A stretch of 64,000 nucleotides of DNA, taken from the NCBI GenBank assembly GCA_016201065.1, contig JACQDL010000001.1, forward strand, positions 36,708-100,707, written 5' to 3'. Shown one piece after another: positions 60,970-64,000 of the stretch (positions are counted from its first letter, which is position 1; every line of letters begins with the position of its first letter). This DNA is from Actinomycetota bacterium. Its GTDB lineage: Bacteria; Actinomycetota; Actinomycetes; Mycobacteriales; JACQDL01. The position numbers and the translations under genes were made by a program. The notes below the pieces were generated by a model. That model was given only the letters and a program-made list of their open reading frames with translations. It ran no database searches and was not told the DNA's origin.

Positions 60970-62781
60970 GTGCGCGAGTTCACGGTCCCCCCCACCGAGA
61001 CCATCGCCGACGAGGCGAACCTGACCGACATGGTCGTCGACCACGCCACGCAGCGACCGGACCATGTGCTCTTCAGCCGGCCGACCGGTGACACCTGGTC
61101 GGCGGTAACCGCACGGCAGTTCGCCGCCGAGGTCACCGCGGTGGCCAAGGGGCTGGTCGCGGCCGGTGTGCATGCCGGGGACCGGGTCGCTCTGGCCTCG
61201 CGTACCCGGTACGAGTGGACCCTGGTCGACTACGCCATCTGGACGGCGGGGGCGGTCACCGTCCCGATCTATCCGACCTCCAGCGCCGAGCAGGTGCGGT
61301 GGATCCTGTCCGACTCGGGAGCGGTCTGCTGTGTCCTGGAGACCACCGAACATGCCGCGACCGTCGAGACGATGCGGGACGATCTGCCCGCGCTGACCCG
61401 GGTCTGGCAGATCGAGGATGGCGCGATCGCGGCGCTGACCGCCGAGGGTGCCGCGGTGAGCGACGAGGAGATCGCCGGCCGGCGGTCCGCGGTCCGGGCC
61501 GACGACCCGGCGACGATCATCTACACCAGCGGCACGACCGGCCGCCCCAAGGGGTGCCTGCTCACCCACCGCAACCTGCTCTTCGGCACCGTGACGGCGA
61601 CCGGCACCCTCGATGAGATCTTCCGCGACGACGCGTCGACCCTGCTGTTCCTGCCGCTGGCGCACGTGCTCGCCCGGCAGCTGCAGTGCGGCACGATCTA
61701 CCGTGGCGTCCGTCTCGGCCACGCGCCCGACGTGAAGAACCTCCTCGCCGACCTCGCCGCGTTCCGGCCGACGTTCATCCTCGCCGTGCCCCGGGTGTTC
61801 GAGCGGGTCTACAACGGCGCGAAACAGAAGGCGCACGCCGACGGCAAGGGCGCGATCTTCGATCTGGCCGAGCGGGTCGCCATCGGCTACAGCCGGAGCC
61901 TGGACCGTGGCGGCCCAGGTCTGCTGCTCCGCGCCGAGCACGCCCTCTTCGATCGGCTGGTGTACCGCAAGCTGCGAGCAGTGCTGGGCGGCTCCTGCAC
62001 GGCCGCGATCTCCGGTGGCGCACCGCTGGGTGAGCGGCTGGCGCACTTCTTCCGCGGCATCGGCGTGCTGGTCTTCGAGGGGTACGGGTTGACGGAGACC
62101 ACTTCCGCGACGACGGGGAACCCGCAGCGTGCGCAGCGGCTCGGCACGGTCGGCAGGCCGATCCCGGGGACCACGATCCGGATCGGCGAGGACGGTGAGG
62201 TGCTCGCGCGCGGTGACAACGTCTTCACCCGGTACTGGAACAACGCCGAAGCCACCCGGGAGGCTCTCGACGCCGACGGTTGGTTGCACACCGGCGACAT
62301 CGGGGAGCTCGACTCCGACGGGTTCCTCCGGATCACCGGGCGGAAGAAGGAGCTGATCGTCACCGCGAGCGGCAAGAACGTCGCGCCGGCGGTCCTGGAG
62401 GACCGGCTGCGGGCACACTGGCTGGTCAGCCAGGTGATGGTGGTCGGTGACCGCCGCCCGTTCGTCGGCGCGCTGGTGACGATCGACCCGGAGGCGTGGC
62501 CGGCGTGGAAGGCACAGCACGGCAAGCCGGCCGAGGCGACCCTCGCCGAGCTGCGGCAGGACCCTGCCCTGCTCGCCGAGGTGCAGGCAGCCGTCAACAG
62601 CGCGAACGAGGCGGTCTCGCAGGCCGAGTCGATCCGGAAGTTCCGGATCCTGGACCGCGACTTCACCGAGGCCACCGGGGAGCTCACGCCGAGCCTGAAG
62701 CTCAAGCGACACGTGGTGCTCAAGGAGTTCGCCGACGATGTCGAGGCGATCTACCAGAAGGACCCGGCAGCGGCCGGCTGA
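60970..62781 (+). CDS. Long-chain fatty-acid--CoA ligase (FadD15-like)
   Basis: YTSGTTGRPKG, FLPLAH, EGYGLTET, TGD, GRKKELIV, TPSLKLKR. Confidence 0.94.
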   Translation: MREFTVPPTETIADEANLTDMVVDHATQRPDHVLFSRPTGDTWSAVTARQFAAEVTAVAKGLVAAGVHAGDRVALASRTRYEWTLVDYAIWTAGAVTVPIYPTSSAEQVRWILSDSGAVCCVLETTEHAATVETMRDDLPALTRVWQIEDGAIAALTAEGAAVSDEEIAGRRSAVRADDPATIIYTSGTTGRPKGCLLTHRNLLFGTVTATGTLDEIFRDDASTLLFLPLAHVLARQLQCGTIYRGVRLGHAPDVKNLLADLAAFRPTFILAVPRVFERVYNGAKQKAHADGKGAIFDLAERVAIGYSRSLDRGGPGLLLRAEHALFDRLVYRKLRAVLGGSCTAAISGGAPLGERLAHFFRGIGVLVFEGYGLTETTSATTGNPQRAQRLGTVGRPIPGTTIRIGEDGEVLARGDNVFTRYWNNAEATREALDADGWLHTGDIGELDSDGFLRITGRKKELIVTASGKNVAPAVLEDRLRAHWLVSQVMVVGDRRPFVGALVTIDPEAWPAWKAQHGKPAEATLAELRQDPALLAEVQAAVNSANEAVSQAESIRKFRILDRDFTEATGELTPSLKLKRHVVLKEFADDVEAIYQKDPAAAG

Positions 62782-62866
62782 GCAGGATTCGGGGGCTGAC
62801 CCCATCGCCGCCGGCCCCGGCCCAGGCTATGGTCGAACGACCGGGCCGAACGGGAGGGGTGGGTCG

Positions 62867-63040
62867 ATGCGCTGGATCCTCGCGCTGCTGGCGATCGTTG
62901 TCACACTGAGCGTGCTGTCGCTCGTCGTCACGGTGCTGAAGTGGTTGATCATCATCGCCGTCGTGGTCGCCGCGGTGGGCGCCATCGGCGCGGTTGTCGG
63001 TGTGATCACCGGCAAGGGCCGGCCCCGGCTGCCCCGCTGA
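62867..63040 (+). CDS. Small hydrophobic membrane protein (57 aa)
   Basis: GGGAGG upstream; two hydrophobic stretches and a basic tail. Confidence 0.55.
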   Translation: MRWILALLAIVVTLSVLSLVVTVLKWLIIIAVVVAAVGAIGAVVGVITGKGRPRLPR

Positions 63041-63136
63041 CCGCGACGGTCCGCTACCGGCTCGGGCTGCTGGTTGCGGCCGTCGGCGGGAGGTTGGTGC
63101 GACGCGGGTCAAGCGACAGCTCGCGGTCGTCGTAGT

Positions 63137-63448
63137 TCATGGCTCGACCGTCAACACGAGGGCGTTGGCATGGGCCTCAAGTCGACGCAACATGTGGCTC
63201 CTAAGCAGCGGATGCCGCGAGACATGATCTAGTGAGAGTACGACAACGTAATGTGCATCGGCGCGTTGAAGTTCTTCGGTCAGTTCCTCGAAAGCGGCGT
63301 GCGAGCCCGACTGGTGCTCGTAGAAGGTGGTGGCGTAGCAGTAGCCCTCGGTGTCGGCGAAGCTCCGCAGGGCGCCTTCGGTTTGGTTGATTTCGTCATC
63401 TTGGGCTTCGTCTGCTACTCGCACGTAGCCGTACATCAGGGGCTTCAC
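63137..63448 (-). CDS. Small resolvase-N-terminal-like protein lacking the catalytic Ser (alternative start 63493)
   Basis: MYGYVRVA (cf. YxRVS), F.E..SGS...F.EL, VVVLSLDH (cf. V..LDRL); GGAGG SD; visibly lower GC. Confidence 0.65.
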   Translation of the reverse strand: MKPLMYGYVRVADEAQDDEINQTEGALRSFADTEGYCYATTFYEHQSGSHAAFEELTEELQRADAHYVVVLSLDHVSRHPLLRSHMLRRLEAHANALVLTVEP

Positions 63449-63578
63449 GGTCCACCTCCGTACACTGGAAGACCAGACCGGCGACGGGTTCATACCTCCC
63501 AGGCGTCCAGGCGTCGCCGGTCCGGTCCGTCTGAGGGCGCGTCAGGGCGCGAGTTGAGCTCAGGCGAGGACCGGCTCG

Positions 63579-64000
63579 CTACTCGTTGCCGTGGGCGAAG
63601 AAGCTGGTCAGCCGGTCGCGGATGAAAGCCGCGGACTGCTCTGGGGGCTGCCTGTTGCAGTCCACGCGCAGCACGTCGAAGCCTGCCTGTATCAGTCGCT
63701 CGGTGGCCTGCCGGTAGAAGCGAACCTCGGCGTGACTGCTGCCCGGCGAATGCTGGAAGCGGTTGTGCGGGCCACGTTCGGTCAGTCGCTGGGCGATGAC
63801 CTCTGGATCGGCTTCGAGGATCACGGCCAGGTCGGGTCGGTCGGCCTCTGCGTTGATCTGCCAGAGGAACGCTGGGTCGATACCGTCAAAGCGCTGCACG
63901 ACCAGGCCAGACGGGACGTACCGGTCGGATATGACAGTCCGGCCGGCCTCGGTGTGCGGTCGGACTTCCGCCTCGACGTGGTGATAGCGGTCAGCCGCAT
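63579..64000 (-). CDS. Thymidylate-kinase-like protein, 3' part (runs off window end)
   Basis: AADRYHH, VISDRYVPS..V.Q, PDLAVIL.ADPE...RL..RG. Confidence 0.85.
   Translation of the reverse strand, partial: AADRYHHVEAEVRPHTEAGRTVISDRYVPSGLVVQRFDGIDPAFLWQINAEADRPDLAVILEADPEVIAQRLTERGPHNRFQHSPGSSHAEVRFYRQATERLIQAGFDVLRVDCNRQPPEQSAAFIRDRLTSFFAHGNE

Overview
High-GC actinobacterial chromosome. The backbone follows the gene order known from the Mycobacterium Rv2157c-Rv2187 and Streptomyces SCO2086-SCO2131 regions: start of the dcw cluster (mraZ-rsmH-ftsL-ftsI-murE-murF-mraY), MoxR/DUF58/transglutaminase, a LexA-box-preceded SAV_6107-methyltransferase-dinB unit, metF, polyprenyl synthase, two MptA/B-type mannosyltransferases, a TPP-riboswitch thi operon, a PASTA kinase, two DAHP synthases, pfkA, glk, ArsA and FadD15. 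The main accessory feature is a three-layer nested insertion at 23830-37119. (1) A HigBA-like toxin-antitoxin remnant sits between 15-bp direct repeats. (2) An IS605-type element (23890-36537) interrupts the toxin gene; both ends are identifiable and rejoining its flanks restores the toxin frame. (3) The left-end hairpin of that IS is split by about 11.6 kb of cargo: divergent XRE regulators, a phosphotransferase and an intact class I FxLD lanthipeptide cluster. The cluster includes a 52-aa precursor missing from the ORF track, LanB, LanC, a glutamyl-lyase/PIMT methyltransferase fusion and a conserved hypothetical gene, with no transporter or protease. A second repeat-flanked scar (NUDIX, 54478-55220) and the edge of another island (63137-64000) are also present. 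Product names come from motif recognition and recalled synteny only; no database search was run.
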